A DNA stretch of 64,000 nt from Burkholderiales bacterium (GCA_036381895.1 DASVBY010000045.1:1981-65980), one strand, 5' to 3'; positions 20,362 through 29,633 are shown, counted from the first letter of the stretch. Numbers and translations: made by a program. The notes: generated by a model from the letters alone, not told the origin.

Positions 20362-21273
20362 ATGGTCGAACTCAAGCCCGTTCCCGCCTCGGTTGACGAG
20401 GTGCTAGCGCTCCTGGCTTCACAGGATTACGTCGCCGAGCGGCGCCTCGCCACCACCGTTTTTCTCGCGCTGCGCATGGGCCGGCCGCTGTTCCTCGAGG
20501 GCGAAGCCGGGGTGGGGAAGACCGAGATCGCGAAAGTGCTCGCGCAGGGGCTCGGGCGGCGGCTCGTGCGGCTGCAATGCTACGAAGGACTCGACGTCGC
20601 AGCCGCGGTCTATGAGTGGAACTACCCGCGGCAGATGATCGAGATCCGGCTCGCCGAGGCGGCGGGCGAGGCGCGGCGGGAGCGGCTCGCCGCCGACATC
20701 TTCACGGAGCGCTTCCTCATCAAGCGCCCGCTGCTGCAGGCCTTGAGCGCCGACGGCGCCGCGCCGGTGCTGTTGATCGACGAGCTCGACCGGACCGACG
20801 AGCCGTTCGAAGCCTACCTGCTCGAGGTGTTGTCCGACTTCCAGGTGAGCATTCCCGAGCTCGGCACCATCAAGGCGGCCGAGCCGCCGATCGTCGTCAT
20901 CACCTCGAACCGGACGCGCGAGATCCACGACGCCGTCAAGCGCCGCTGCCTCTACCACTGGGTCGACTATCCGGACAAGGAACGCGAGCTCGATATCGTG
21001 CAGCGCAAGGTGCCGGAGGCGGGGGCGCGGCTGAGCCGCGAGATCGTCGCGTTCGTCGCGCGGCTGCGCGCGCTGGATCTCTACAAGCTCCCGGGCGTCG
21101 CCGAGACCATCGACTGGACGCGCGCGCTCACGGCGCTCGACCGCACGAGCCTCGATCCCGACGCGGTCGCGGCGACGCTCGGCGTGCTGCTCAAGTACCA
21201 GGACGACATCGCGAAGCTCGACCCGGCCGCCGTCACGCGGCTCGTCGGCGAGGCGCGCGCCGAAGCGAGCTAG
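20362..21273 (+). CDS. coxD: MoxR-type AAA+ ATPase (CoxD-like)
   Basis: Walker A motif EGEAGVGKTE, Walker B motif VLLIDELDR, and a MoxR-like C-terminus. Confidence 0.85.
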   Translation: MVELKPVPASVDEVLALLASQDYVAERRLATTVFLALRMGRPLFLEGEAGVGKTEIAKVLAQGLGRRLVRLQCYEGLDVAAAVYEWNYPRQMIEIRLAEAAGEARRERLAADIFTERFLIKRPLLQALSADGAAPVLLIDELDRTDEPFEAYLLEVLSDFQVSIPELGTIKAAEPPIVVITSNRTREIHDAVKRRCLYHWVDYPDKERELDIVQRKVPEAGARLSREIVAFVARLRALDLYKLPGVAETIDWTRALTALDRTSLDPDAVAATLGVLLKYQDDIAKLDPAAVTRLVGEARAEAS

Positions 21274-21397
21274 GACGAAGAAACGATGACTCCGACTTCG
21301 ATTGCCGACGAAGCGAAGCGCGAGCATTGCATCACTCCGTTTCCCGCGTGCCGCCCGTTGTCTCCCCGGCGGGCGGCGCGGCGGCGGGAATAGCGGT

Positions 21398-22612
21398 ATG
21401 TCGACCGGAGCGGGACAGCTCGCCGACAACATCGTGCACTTCGCGCGGGTGCTGCGCCGCGCCGGGCTCCCCATCGGACCGGCGAAAGTGATCGACGCCA
21501 TCCACGCGGTACAGGCGGTCGGCATCGAACGGCGCGACGATTTTCGCCACGCGCTCGCCGCGGTCCTGGTCAACCGGCGCGAGCATGAGGAGTTGTTCGA
21601 TCAGGCGTTCGAGATGTTCTGGCGCGATCCGTACCGCATCGAGCAGGCGCTGCAGGAGCTGCTGCGCCTGCTGGGCGGGCTGCGCCGCGTCGAGATGCCG
21701 CCGCCGAAGCTCGCCGAGCGCGTCGCGCGGGCGCTGCTGCCGGGCGGCCTGCGGGTTCCGCGCCCGGCCGAAGAACGGCCGCCCGAGCTCGAAGCGGACG
21801 CGCGTTTCACGGTGTCGGCGCGCGAAGTGCTGCAGCACAAGGACTTCGCCGCCATGACCCCCGAGGAGCTCGCGGAGGCGAAGGAGATGCTGCGCCAGCT
21901 GCGGCTGCCGCTGCCGCAGCTCGCGTCGCGGCGGCTGCGCCCGGATGCGCGCGGCGCGCGCGTCGACCTGCGCGCGACCATGCGTCAGATGGCGCGCCAG
22001 CCGGACGGCGTGATCGCGCTGCAGCACCGCTCGCCGCAGCGGCGCCATCCGACGCTGGTCGTGCTGTGCGACATTTCGGGCTCCATGGAGAGCTACACGC
22101 GCATGCTGCTGCACTTCGTGCATGCGATCACCAACGATCGCGACCGGGTGTACACGTTCCTGTTCGGCACGCGGCTCACCCACATCACGCGGCACCTGCG
22201 GCATCGCGACGTCGACGTCGCGCTCGCCGGCGTCACGGCCGCGGTCGCCGACTGGGCGGGCGGTACGCGCATCGGCGCGTGCCTCAAGGAGTTCAACCAG
22301 CGCTGGGCGCGGCGGCTGCTCGGACAGGGCGCCGTCGTGCTCCTCATCAGCGACGGCCTCGACAGCGACGCGGCGGAAGGGCTCGCGCCGGAAATGGAGC
22401 GGCTCGCCAGGTCGAGCCGGCAGTTGATCTGGCTCAATCCGCTGCTGCGCTACGCCGGGTTCGAGGCGAAACCCGCCGGCATACGCGCGATGCTGCCGCA
22501 CGTGGATGCGTTCCTGCCGGTGCACAATCTCGTGAGCCTCGCGCGCCTTGGCGAAGCGTTGAGCGCGCTCGGCGGCACGCGCCGCGGCTATCCGCAGCGA
22601 TCCGCGGCCTAG
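21398..22612 (+). CDS. coxE: VWA-domain protein (CoxE-like)
   Basis: The C-terminal half carries the VWA MIDAS motif (VVLCDISGSM). It follows the MoxR ATPase as in cox/xdh accessory sets. Confidence 0.8.
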   Translation: MSTGAGQLADNIVHFARVLRRAGLPIGPAKVIDAIHAVQAVGIERRDDFRHALAAVLVNRREHEELFDQAFEMFWRDPYRIEQALQELLRLLGGLRRVEMPPPKLAERVARALLPGGLRVPRPAEERPPELEADARFTVSAREVLQHKDFAAMTPEELAEAKEMLRQLRLPLPQLASRRLRPDARGARVDLRATMRQMARQPDGVIALQHRSPQRRHPTLVVLCDISGSMESYTRMLLHFVHAITNDRDRVYTFLFGTRLTHITRHLRHRDVDVALAGVTAAVADWAGGTRIGACLKEFNQRWARRLLGQGAVVLLISDGLDSDAAEGLAPEMERLARSSRQLIWLNPLLRYAGFEAKPAGIRAMLPHVDAFLPVHNLVSLARLGEALSALGGTRRGYPQRSAA

Positions 22613-22632
22613 CGGCCGCAAAGGAAACGAGC

Positions 22633-23175
22633 ATGGAGATGTCGAGCAGCCGGACGATTCCCGCCTCTCAGGAGCAGACCTGGCAGGCGCTCAACGACCC
22701 CGAGGTGCTCAAGGCCGCGATTCCGGGGTGCGAGAGCATCGAGAAGCTTTCCGAGACGGAGTACCAGATCGTCATGGCGGCGAAGGTCGGGCCGGTGAGC
22801 GCGCGCTTCCGGGGGCGTATGCTGTTGAGCGACATCGACGCGCCGAGCGCCTACACGCTTACCTTCGAAGGGCAGGGCGGCGCGGCGGGCTTCGCCAAGG
22901 GCGGCGCATCGGTACGGCTGGTGCCGGAGGACCACGGCACCACGCGGCTCGAATACACGGTCAACGCCCAGGTCGGCGGCAAGCTCGCGCAGATCGGCTC
23001 GCGGCTGATCGACGGCGCGGCGAAAAAGATGGCGGACGAGTTCTTCGCGGCGTTCGCCGCGCAGCTCGCCGGCGGGCCCGAGGGCTCGGCGGCCGGAACC
23101 GACGCGACGGTTCCGGGCGACGGCGCCGACGGCGGCGCGAAGAAGAGGGGGTGGTGGCGGCGCCGCCGCGAATAG
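22633..23175 (+). CDS. coxG: SRPBCC-fold carbon monoxide dehydrogenase subunit G-like protein (CoxG)
   Basis: WQALNDPEVLKAAIPGCESIEKLSETEY...GGKLAQIGSRLIDGAAKKMADEFF is typical of CoxG. It has an Ala/Gly-rich tail ending KKRGWWRRRRE. Confidence 0.8.
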   Translation: MEMSSSRTIPASQEQTWQALNDPEVLKAAIPGCESIEKLSETEYQIVMAAKVGPVSARFRGRMLLSDIDAPSAYTLTFEGQGGAAGFAKGGASVRLVPEDHGTTRLEYTVNAQVGGKLAQIGSRLIDGAAKKMADEFFAAFAAQLAGGPEGSAAGTDATVPGDGADGGAKKRGWWRRRRE

Positions 23176-23211
23176 GCGCGCCGCAATGTACAGTCTGGCG
23201 GAGGTGAGCCT

Positions 23212-24225
23212 ATGGACAACGTCGATCTCGAAGTCTTGCGCAACTGCGTCAAGTGGCTGCAGGGCGGCCGCCGGGTGACGCTCGTTACCGTCACGCGCAC
23301 GTGGGGATCGAGCCCGCGCCCCGCGGGCGCGATGCTGGCGCTGCGGGACGACGGCCTGGTCACCGGCTCGGTATCCGGCGGCTGCATCGAGGACGACCTG
23401 ATCCATCGCGCACGCACGCATACGCTCACCGGCGACAAGCCGGAAGTCGTCACCTACGGCATCAGCGGGGACGAGGCGCGCAAGTTCGGGCTGCCTTGCG
23501 GCGGCACCATCCAGGTGGTGCTCGAACCGCTGCGCGCGGCGGCGCCCATGCAGGCGCTGCTCAAGCGCGTCGAGCGCCGCGAGCTCGTCGCACGCGAGCT
23601 CGATATCGCGACCGGCGCGAGCACGCTGCGCGCGGCGAGCGCCGACGAAGGCCTCACGTTCGACGGCAAGCGGCTCGTCAACGTCTTCGGCCCGCGCTAC
23701 CGGCTGATCATCATCGGCGCCGGGCAGCTCTCGCGGTTCATCGCGCAGATCGCGCTCGGGCTCGACTATCAGGTCACGATCTGCGACCCGCGGAGCGAGT
23801 ACATGGACCTCTGGGACGTGCCGGAGGTGGCGCTGGTGCGCGGCATGCCGGACGACGTCGTACGCGAGATGAGGCCGGATGCGCACACGGCGGTCATCGC
23901 GCTCACCCACGATCCGAAGCTCGACGATATGGCGCTCATGGAGGCGCTGAAGTCCCAGGCGTTCTACGTCGGCGCCATCGGCTCGCGCGCCAACAACGAG
24001 AAGCGCCGCGCGCGGCTGCGCGAGTTCGACGTGACCGAGGAGGAGCTCGCGAAGCTGCACGGTCCGATCGGCATCTATATCGGCTCGCGCACGCCGCCCG
24101 AGATCGCCATTTCCATTCTGGCCGAGATGACTGCCGTCAAGAACGGCGTCGTGCTGCCGCCCGAGGTGCGGGTCGACGTGGCCAAGGCGGCGCAGGCTTC
24201 GACCGCGGGCTGCGTGGTGGTGTAG
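23212..24225 (+). CDS. XdhC/CoxI family molybdenum cofactor insertion chaperone
   Basis: N-terminal XdhC_CoxI domain (TRTWGSSPRPAGAMLALRDDGLVTGSVSGGCIEDDL) plus a C-terminal Rossmann-like domain (LIIIGAGQLS). Confidence 0.85.
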   Translation: MDNVDLEVLRNCVKWLQGGRRVTLVTVTRTWGSSPRPAGAMLALRDDGLVTGSVSGGCIEDDLIHRARTHTLTGDKPEVVTYGISGDEARKFGLPCGGTIQVVLEPLRAAAPMQALLKRVERRELVARELDIATGASTLRAASADEGLTFDGKRLVNVFGPRYRLIIIGAGQLSRFIAQIALGLDYQVTICDPRSEYMDLWDVPEVALVRGMPDDVVREMRPDAHTAVIALTHDPKLDDMALMEALKSQAFYVGAIGSRANNEKRRARLREFDVTEEELAKLHGPIGIYIGSRTPPEIAISILAEMTAVKNGVVLPPEVRVDVAKAAQASTAGCVVV

Positions 24226-24252
24226 GACGGTGATTGACGGACGCGGCGCCGG

Positions 24253-24999
24253 TCAGCCCAGCCGTCCGAGCGCCGGGAACGTCTCGAGCAGCCAGTAGGA
24301 GAGGGCGGTGAGCTGGCCGCTGATCATGAGCACGCCCATCAGGATCAGCACCGCTCCGCTCACGATGTAGAGCGGACGGCCGATGCGGCGCAGCGTCTTC
24401 GCGTGCTCGAGGAAGCGCTCGAGGAACAGCGCGCTCAGGAGAAACGGCAGTCCGAGGCCGAGCGAGTAGAACGAGAGCAGCACCACGCCGCTCGCGGTGC
24501 CCGCACTTGAGGCGCTCACCGTGAGGATGCTCCCGAGGATCGGCCCGATGCAGGGCGTCCAGCCGAACGCGAACGCGAGCCCGAGCAGGTAGGCGGCGGC
24601 CGGCCCGCCGCCGCCGTGCCGCAGGCGATGCACCCAGCGCAGGTCGAGGTTCAGCATGCGCAGGTTGAGCAGGCCGGTCATGAACAGACCGAACACGATG
24701 ATGACCACTCCCCCGACGACGTTCGCCTCCTGCTTGTAGGCGAGGAGCCACTGGCCGATGGCCGTGGCGCTCGCGCCGAGGGCGACGAACACGGTGGAGA
24801 AACCGAGCACGAACGCGAGGCTCGCGCCGAGGACGGCCAGACGCTCGCGCCGGTGATTGGCCGCCTGCAGCTCGTCCAGGGAGCGCCCGGCGACGTAGGA
24901 GAGATAGCCGGGCACCAGCGGCAGCACGCACGGCGACAGGAACGACACCGCGCCGGCGAGCAGGGCGCTCGCGAGCCCGACGTTCGCGATCTCGAACAC
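24253..24999 (-). CDS. ccdA: cytochrome c biogenesis/thiol-disulfide electron transporter CcdA (DsbD core) family
   Basis: Polytopic membrane protein carrying the two conserved Cys motifs FLSPCVLPLVPGY and WTPCIGPILG. Confidence 0.85.
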   Translation of the reverse strand: MFEIANVGLASALLAGAVSFLSPCVLPLVPGYLSYVAGRSLDELQAANHRRERLAVLGASLAFVLGFSTVFVALGASATAIGQWLLAYKQEANVVGGVVIIVFGLFMTGLLNLRMLNLDLRWVHRLRHGGGGPAAAYLLGLAFAFGWTPCIGPILGSILTVSASSAGTASGVVLLSFYSLGLGLPFLLSALFLERFLEHAKTLRRIGRPLYIVSGAVLILMGVLMISGQLTALSYWLLETFPALGRLG

Positions 25000-25002
25000 G
25001 GG

Positions 25003-25599
25003 CTAGCGTCCCCCGCGGTCGGCGTCGAGGCGTACGGTCTGCGGGCGCTCGCGCCCGATGATCTCGCGCAGGAACTGCACCATCTCCGGGCTGTCCCATT
25101 CGGCCGCGCCGAGCAGCCGGCCGAGCTCGCGGCCGTTGCGGTCGAGCAGCAGCGTGACGGGGAGGCCGAGCACGTTGAGGCTATCCAGCGTCTGCGGTGA
25201 CGGGTCGATCCAGGCGCGCAGGTGCTTGACGCCGATGTCGCGGTAGAACTTCTGCACTACCTGCATGCCCTGGTGATCGACGGAGAGCGCGAGCACCTCG
25301 AAGTCGGGGCCGCCGAGCTCCGCCTGCAGGCGGTCGAGGGTCGGCATCTCCTCCCGGCAGGGCGCGCACCACGTCGCCCAGACGTTGAGCAGCACCACCT
25401 TGCCGCGATGCGCGCTCAGCTTCACGTTGCCGCCCTGTGCGTTCTGGAACACGAGATCTGGCACGGGGCGCGGCGAGGCGTGCATCGAGAACGAGCGCCG
25501 CGGCGCCGCCTGGGCGTCGCCCACGGCCTCGGGCGACGCCCCGTCGCAGGCGCTCAGAAGCAGCACGAGAGCGGCAAGAGCGTAGTGTGCGTATCGCAT
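25003..25599 (-). CDS. TlpA/ResA-like periplasmic thioredoxin-fold thiol:disulfide oxidoreductase
   Basis: N-terminal anchor or lipoprotein-like signal (LLLSAC), and the WCAPC active site in VLLNVWATWCAPCREEMP. Confidence 0.85.
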   Translation of the reverse strand: MRYAHYALAALVLLLSACDGASPEAVGDAQAAPRRSFSMHASPRPVPDLVFQNAQGGNVKLSAHRGKVVLLNVWATWCAPCREEMPTLDRLQAELGGPDFEVLALSVDHQGMQVVQKFYRDIGVKHLRAWIDPSPQTLDSLNVLGLPVTLLLDRNGRELGRLLGAAEWDSPEMVQFLREIIGRERPQTVRLDADRGGR

Positions 25600-25601
25600 G
25601 A

Positions 25602-26042
25602 TCAGCGCGTGTCGTAGAGCTGCATGGTCGCGCTGTCGTCCAGGTAGTAGACGTGCAGCGGCCCTTCGCGGCGGCCGCCCATGCCGGGCGACCCCGCCGG
25701 CATGCCGGGAACGGTAAGACCCCGGGCCGCCGGTTTTTCGCTCAGGAACCGCTTGATGCTCTCTGCCGGGACGTGCCCCTCGAAGGTGTAGCCGCCGATG
25801 CGCGTGCTGTGGCAGCCGGCGAGCCGAGCCGGAACGCCGTTAGCGCGCTGCAGTTCGGCCAGTCGCTCCGTGGCGACGACTTCGACGTCGAAGCCGTGCC
25901 CTCGAAGGTATTCGGCATACGCCTGGCAGCAGCCGCAGGTCGGGCTCTTGTACACGGTAGCCGCTATTCCGCCGCCGAGCACCGGCAGCGGGAGCGCGGG
26001 AACGAGGAGCAACAGCAAAGCGAGGAAATACTTCTTCACCAA
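25602..26042 (-). CDS. copG: DUF411 / CopG-family periplasmic copper-binding protein
   Basis: Signal peptide, CxCC motif (SPTCGCCQAY), GCHS, and a Met-rich GMPAGSPGM motif. Start is TTG 26042 or GTG 26039. Confidence 0.75.
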   Translation of the reverse strand: MVKKYFLALLLLLVPALPLPVLGGGIAATVYKSPTCGCCQAYAEYLRGHGFDVEVVATERLAELQRANGVPARLAGCHSTRIGGYTFEGHVPAESIKRFLSEKPAARGLTVPGMPAGSPGMGGRREGPLHVYYLDDSATMQLYDTR

Positions 26043-26300
26043 TAAGACTCCGGAGAACGCGGGATCCGAGCACTTCGTCCGCCGGCGACAATATTAGTTC
26101 CAGCCGGCGATCCCGGTCACGCGGGCCGAACGGCGGAGCCGGTCGGGCCGGCGCGGCCCTCGCGGGCGCTGGCTATAGCCTCGTTTCCGTCCATTCCATA
26201 TATACGCTTTGCCGGGCGACGGGAAGCTTGACGCGGTGCGCGCGATGGTGCGGGGGAGGCTTAACAGTCCCGCACGGCCGCCGGGCGGCACCGAGCACCC

Positions 26301-26690
26301 TCAGTGGTGGGCGAGCAGGCGCGCTATCTCCGCGAGCAGGTACGAGATATCCCCCGGCTTCCGGATATAGGAATCGCCGCAGGCCCCGGCGAGCTCGGAT
26401 GGCTCGAGCGAACTGAACAGCACGATCGGGATATGACGCGTCGCGGGATTGGCGCGCAGCCGCCGGCACATTTCCCGGCCGTTGAGTCGCGGCATGAGTA
26501 TGTCCGAGATCACCAGGTCCGGCCGCCGATCCGCGATGCGTGCGAGCGCTTCGTGGCCGTTCGCGGCCTCGAGGACCTCGTAGCCTTCGAGCGCGAGGGC
26601 CGCGCAGAGGCACCAGCGGATGTCGTCCTCGTCGTCGACGACGAGGACGAGGCTCCTGCCGGACCGCCGGTTGTCCGTTACTTGCGCCAT
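26301..26690 (-). CDS. single-domain (CheY-like) response regulator receiver protein
   Basis: LVLVVDDEDD, LVISDILMPRLNG (phospho-acceptor Asp), LFSS and YIRKP motifs. No output domain. Confidence 0.85.
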   Translation of the reverse strand: MAQVTDNRRSGRSLVLVVDDEDDIRWCLCAALALEGYEVLEAANGHEALARIADRRPDLVISDILMPRLNGREMCRRLRANPATRHIPIVLFSSLEPSELAGACGDSYIRKPGDISYLLAEIARLLAHH

Positions 26691-26893
26691 TCCGTTTCGA
26701 CCGTCAGTTTGTCGCTTTCGCTCCGCGCCGTACCTTACGTAAACACCGGGGCGGCAGGTTCGTATGACAGGATCACTCCCTAAGGGAGTCGCACAGGTTC
26801 CAGGTCTCGGCCGGGGCCGGCGCGCCTCGACCGGCATTGCGAGCGGCGCTACGCTTGGTCGGTCGTGACGCGCACGAACACACGGATAAGCGC

Positions 26894-27901
26894 ATGGCCA
26901 AGACCGCCTTCGTGACCGGCGGTACCGGGTTCATCGGCCTGAACCTCGTCGAGCAGCTGATCGCAGCCGGGTGGCAGGTGGTGGCGCTGCATCGCCGCGG
27001 GGCGATGCTGCGCTACCTCGAGCGCTTTCCTGTCACTCTCGTCGAGGGCGACATCCTCGATCCGGCCTCGCTCGCGCGCGGGATTCCGCCGGGAGTCGAC
27101 GCAGTCTTCCACGTCGCCGGGGACACCAGCATGTGGTCACGGCGCAACGCAGCGCAGGATCGGGTCAATATCGACGGCACCCGCCACATGGTGCAGGCCG
27201 CGCTCGCGGCCGGTGCCGGCCGGTTCGTGTACACCTCGAGCATCTCGGCGTACGGCCTTCACCTCGGGCGCATCGACGAACGCGCGGAGCAGCGCGGGGC
27301 GAGCTCCTGGATCAACTACCAGCGGTCGAAGTACTACGGTGAAGTGGAGGTGCGGCGCGGGATCGAGCGCGGGCTCGATGCCGTCATCCTCAACCCGGCG
27401 AGCGTGTTCGGACCGTACGACACGGCGAGCTGGGCGCGCCTCATCCGTCTGGTCTGCACCGGAAGACTGCCCGGCGTTCCGCCGGGCAGATTGTCTTTCT
27501 GCCATTCGCGGGAGGTCGCGAAGGCGCATATCGCGGCCGCCGAACGCGGGCGCACGGGCGAGAACTACCTCCTCGGCGGCACCGATGCGACGCTGCTCGA
27601 GCTGGTGCAGACGATCGGTGCGGTCGCCGGGTGTCCGGTGCCGGTGCGCACGACGCCGCGGAGCGTGCTCATCGCCGCGAGTCGCATCGCCGAATGGATC
27701 TCCTGGATCACGCGCCGGCCGCCGAGCATCACGCCGGAAATGGTCGGGCAATCGACGCGCGAGATGACCTGCGACAGCACCAAAGCGCAACGCGAGCTCG
27801 GACTGCAGCCGGTCAGCCTGCGCCGGATGGTCGAGGACAGCGTCGAGTGGCTGCGGCGGGAGGGGTTCCTCGGCCGCTGGACAGCGGCGCAGGCGGCCTG
27901 A
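26894..27901 (+). CDS. NAD-dependent epimerase/dehydratase (extended SDR, dihydroflavonol-reductase-like)
   Basis: Rossmann motif FVTGGTGFIGLNL and the YxxxK catalytic motif (YQRSKYYGE). Confidence 0.8.
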   Translation: MAKTAFVTGGTGFIGLNLVEQLIAAGWQVVALHRRGAMLRYLERFPVTLVEGDILDPASLARGIPPGVDAVFHVAGDTSMWSRRNAAQDRVNIDGTRHMVQAALAAGAGRFVYTSSISAYGLHLGRIDERAEQRGASSWINYQRSKYYGEVEVRRGIERGLDAVILNPASVFGPYDTASWARLIRLVCTGRLPGVPPGRLSFCHSREVAKAHIAAAERGRTGENYLLGGTDATLLELVQTIGAVAGCPVPVRTTPRSVLIAASRIAEWISWITRRPPSITPEMVGQSTREMTCDSTKAQRELGLQPVSLRRMVEDSVEWLRREGFLGRWTAAQAA

Positions 27902-27916
27902 ACGCACCCTGCGCGC

Positions 27917-28852
27917 TCACCCCGCATCGCGGCGGCGTGCCGCGAGCCAATCGAACACGAAGGCATAAACCGCGTCGCGTACGTCCCTGCGCGAGAGGAC
28001 CACGTCGTGCAGGGCGCCCGGGAACTGGCGCCGGGTCACGTCCGCGCCGAGCGTGCGGCTCCAGCGCTCCATGTGCCGCCAGTCGAGCACGATGTCCGTA
28101 TCGTCCGAATAGGTCGAGAGCACCGGGCAGCGGATGTCGAGTCCGCGGTGCACGCGGGTTTGCGCCTCCCGAATCGCGGCGAGCCAGCCGTAGTACGCCG
28201 GAAAGCCTTCGATCGGCTTGAGCTGCAGATCGAACTCCCATTCGCCCCGGTAATCCCTGTGCAGGCTCTTCGGGTACTCGGGAGAGACGGCCCGCGGGTC
28301 GCTGAGGAAGGGGAACAGGCGCCCGAGCCTCGCGCCGACCGCGAGCAGGGCCCGCCGCCACGGCGGCAGCTTGAAATCGAAGAACGGGCTGTTGAGCCAG
28401 AGCGCGGTGAGCTGCCCGCGCCGCTCGCCCGCATCGGCGTACAGGGCGCAGACGAGGCCGCCGGTCGAGTGTCCGATCAGCACCGCGGGCGCGCCGATGA
28501 TGCGCAAAGCCTCCGTGAGATCCGCGTGGTACTCCTCGATCGACTTGCAGAAATTCGGGTGCTGGTGCGGTCGCAGCGAGCGCCCGTGCTTGCGCAGGTC
28601 GAGCGCGTAGAAGGCGTAGCCCGCCTGCGCGAACCGCTCGGCCATCTCTCGCTGGAAGAAGTAGTCGATGAAGCCGTGCACGTAGAGCACCGGACCGTTC
28701 GGCGCCGATGCCACGGGCCGCCGCACGAGGGTCGCGACGACCGGGCCGTCGTAGTCATCGGGAAACGCGAGCTCGAGCGCCTCGAAGCCCGGAAGCAGGC
28801 GGTCGGGTTGCCAAACACCGGCAGTCGCGGGAACGTGCGATGGCTGCTGCAT
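27917..28852 (-). CDS. alpha/beta hydrolase (lysophospholipase/monoglyceride-lipase-like)
   Basis: LYVHGFIDYFF and the nucleophile elbow GHSTGG. Only the C-terminal 311 aa of the 505-aa track ORF look protein-like; start is ATG 28852. Confidence 0.75.
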   Translation of the reverse strand: MQQPSHVPATAGVWQPDRLLPGFEALELAFPDDYDGPVVATLVRRPVASAPNGPVLYVHGFIDYFFQREMAERFAQAGYAFYALDLRKHGRSLRPHQHPNFCKSIEEYHADLTEALRIIGAPAVLIGHSTGGLVCALYADAGERRGQLTALWLNSPFFDFKLPPWRRALLAVGARLGRLFPFLSDPRAVSPEYPKSLHRDYRGEWEFDLQLKPIEGFPAYYGWLAAIREAQTRVHRGLDIRCPVLSTYSDDTDIVLDWRHMERWSRTLGADVTRRQFPGALHDVVLSRRDVRDAVYAFVFDWLAARRRDAG

Positions 28853-28962
28853 CTGCGTGCAGTGAGACCGCTTCGTTGTTCGCACCGCGGTGCACGCTAC
28901 CCGGCGCTGCCGCGGCGCGCAAGGGCGCGCGGCGTCGGGTCCGCGCGCCGGCCGCGTTGCGC

Positions 28963-29406
28963 TCAGGTTCGCTGCGTCTTGAGCAGGTCGCGGATCTCGG
29001 TGAGCAGTTGCTGCTCGGCGCTCGGCGGCGGCGGCGCGGCCGCCGGAGCGGTACGCCGGGCGCGCAGGACGAAGCCGAGGAACTTGACGATGAACACGAA
29101 CAGCGCGAGGGCGACGATGAGAAAGTTGACGACCTCCCCGATGAACAGACCGTACGGCACTTCCGTGCCGCCGACGACCCATTTCCATTCGAGATAGCTC
29201 TGGTCGGTCGGCAGGATCAGCGAAACCAGCGGCATGATGATGTGCTTCACCAGCGAGTCGATGATCTTGGCGAACGCGGCGCCGATGACCACGGCCACGG
29301 CAAGGTCGACGACGTTTCCCTTGAGCGCGAAGTTCCGGAATTCCTCCAGCAGCGAACCGACGCGACGACGGCTTTCGGGGAGTGCACCTGCACGAGTGGA
29401 TGCCAT
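28963..29406 (-). CDS. mscL: large-conductance mechanosensitive channel MscL
   Basis: EFRNFALKGNVVDLAVAVVIGAAFAKII...LLTEIRDLLK matches MscL. It has about 17 extra N-terminal residues relative to E. coli. Confidence 0.9.
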   Translation of the reverse strand: MASTRAGALPESRRRVGSLLEEFRNFALKGNVVDLAVAVVIGAAFAKIIDSLVKHIIMPLVSLILPTDQSYLEWKWVVGGTEVPYGLFIGEVVNFLIVALALFVFIVKFLGFVLRARRTAPAAAPPPPSAEQQLLTEIRDLLKTQRT

Positions 29407-29551
29407 GGAGCCCTCCGAGCGGATTGGACGACACCGATCATACGCGAACGTCCGGAACGAAGATTCCGGAGGAATGCGATTCGAGCGCCGGCGGTGAGTA
29501 TCCGGGCAGCGACCGGGGAAACCGCCGACGGCGGGAACCCCGCGGCAACCG

Positions 29552-29579
29552 CTTGTACCAACTTGTACCAATTGGCAAG
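29552..29579. repeat. exact tandem 10-bp repeat CTTGTACCAA x2 running into the palindrome CCAATTGG and CAAG
   Basis: Read directly: 29552-29561 equals 29562-29571, and CCAATTGG spans 29568-29575. It lies between divergent mscL and the SRPBCC gene and is a candidate operator. Confidence 0.9.
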
Positions 29580-29633
29580 CGGCCGCCGCAGGGGCGCCGC
29601 GCAGGGACGGATCAACAGGCACGGAGGATGAAG

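Noticed and set aside
22424-22437. FNR-like sequence TTGATCTGGCTCAA
   Set aside because: It lies inside the coxE coding region, and the second half-site deviates (CTCAA). It is unlikely to be functional.
29572-29590. sigma54-like TGGCA element next to the tandem repeat
   Set aside because: No TTGC -12 element follows at the required spacing.
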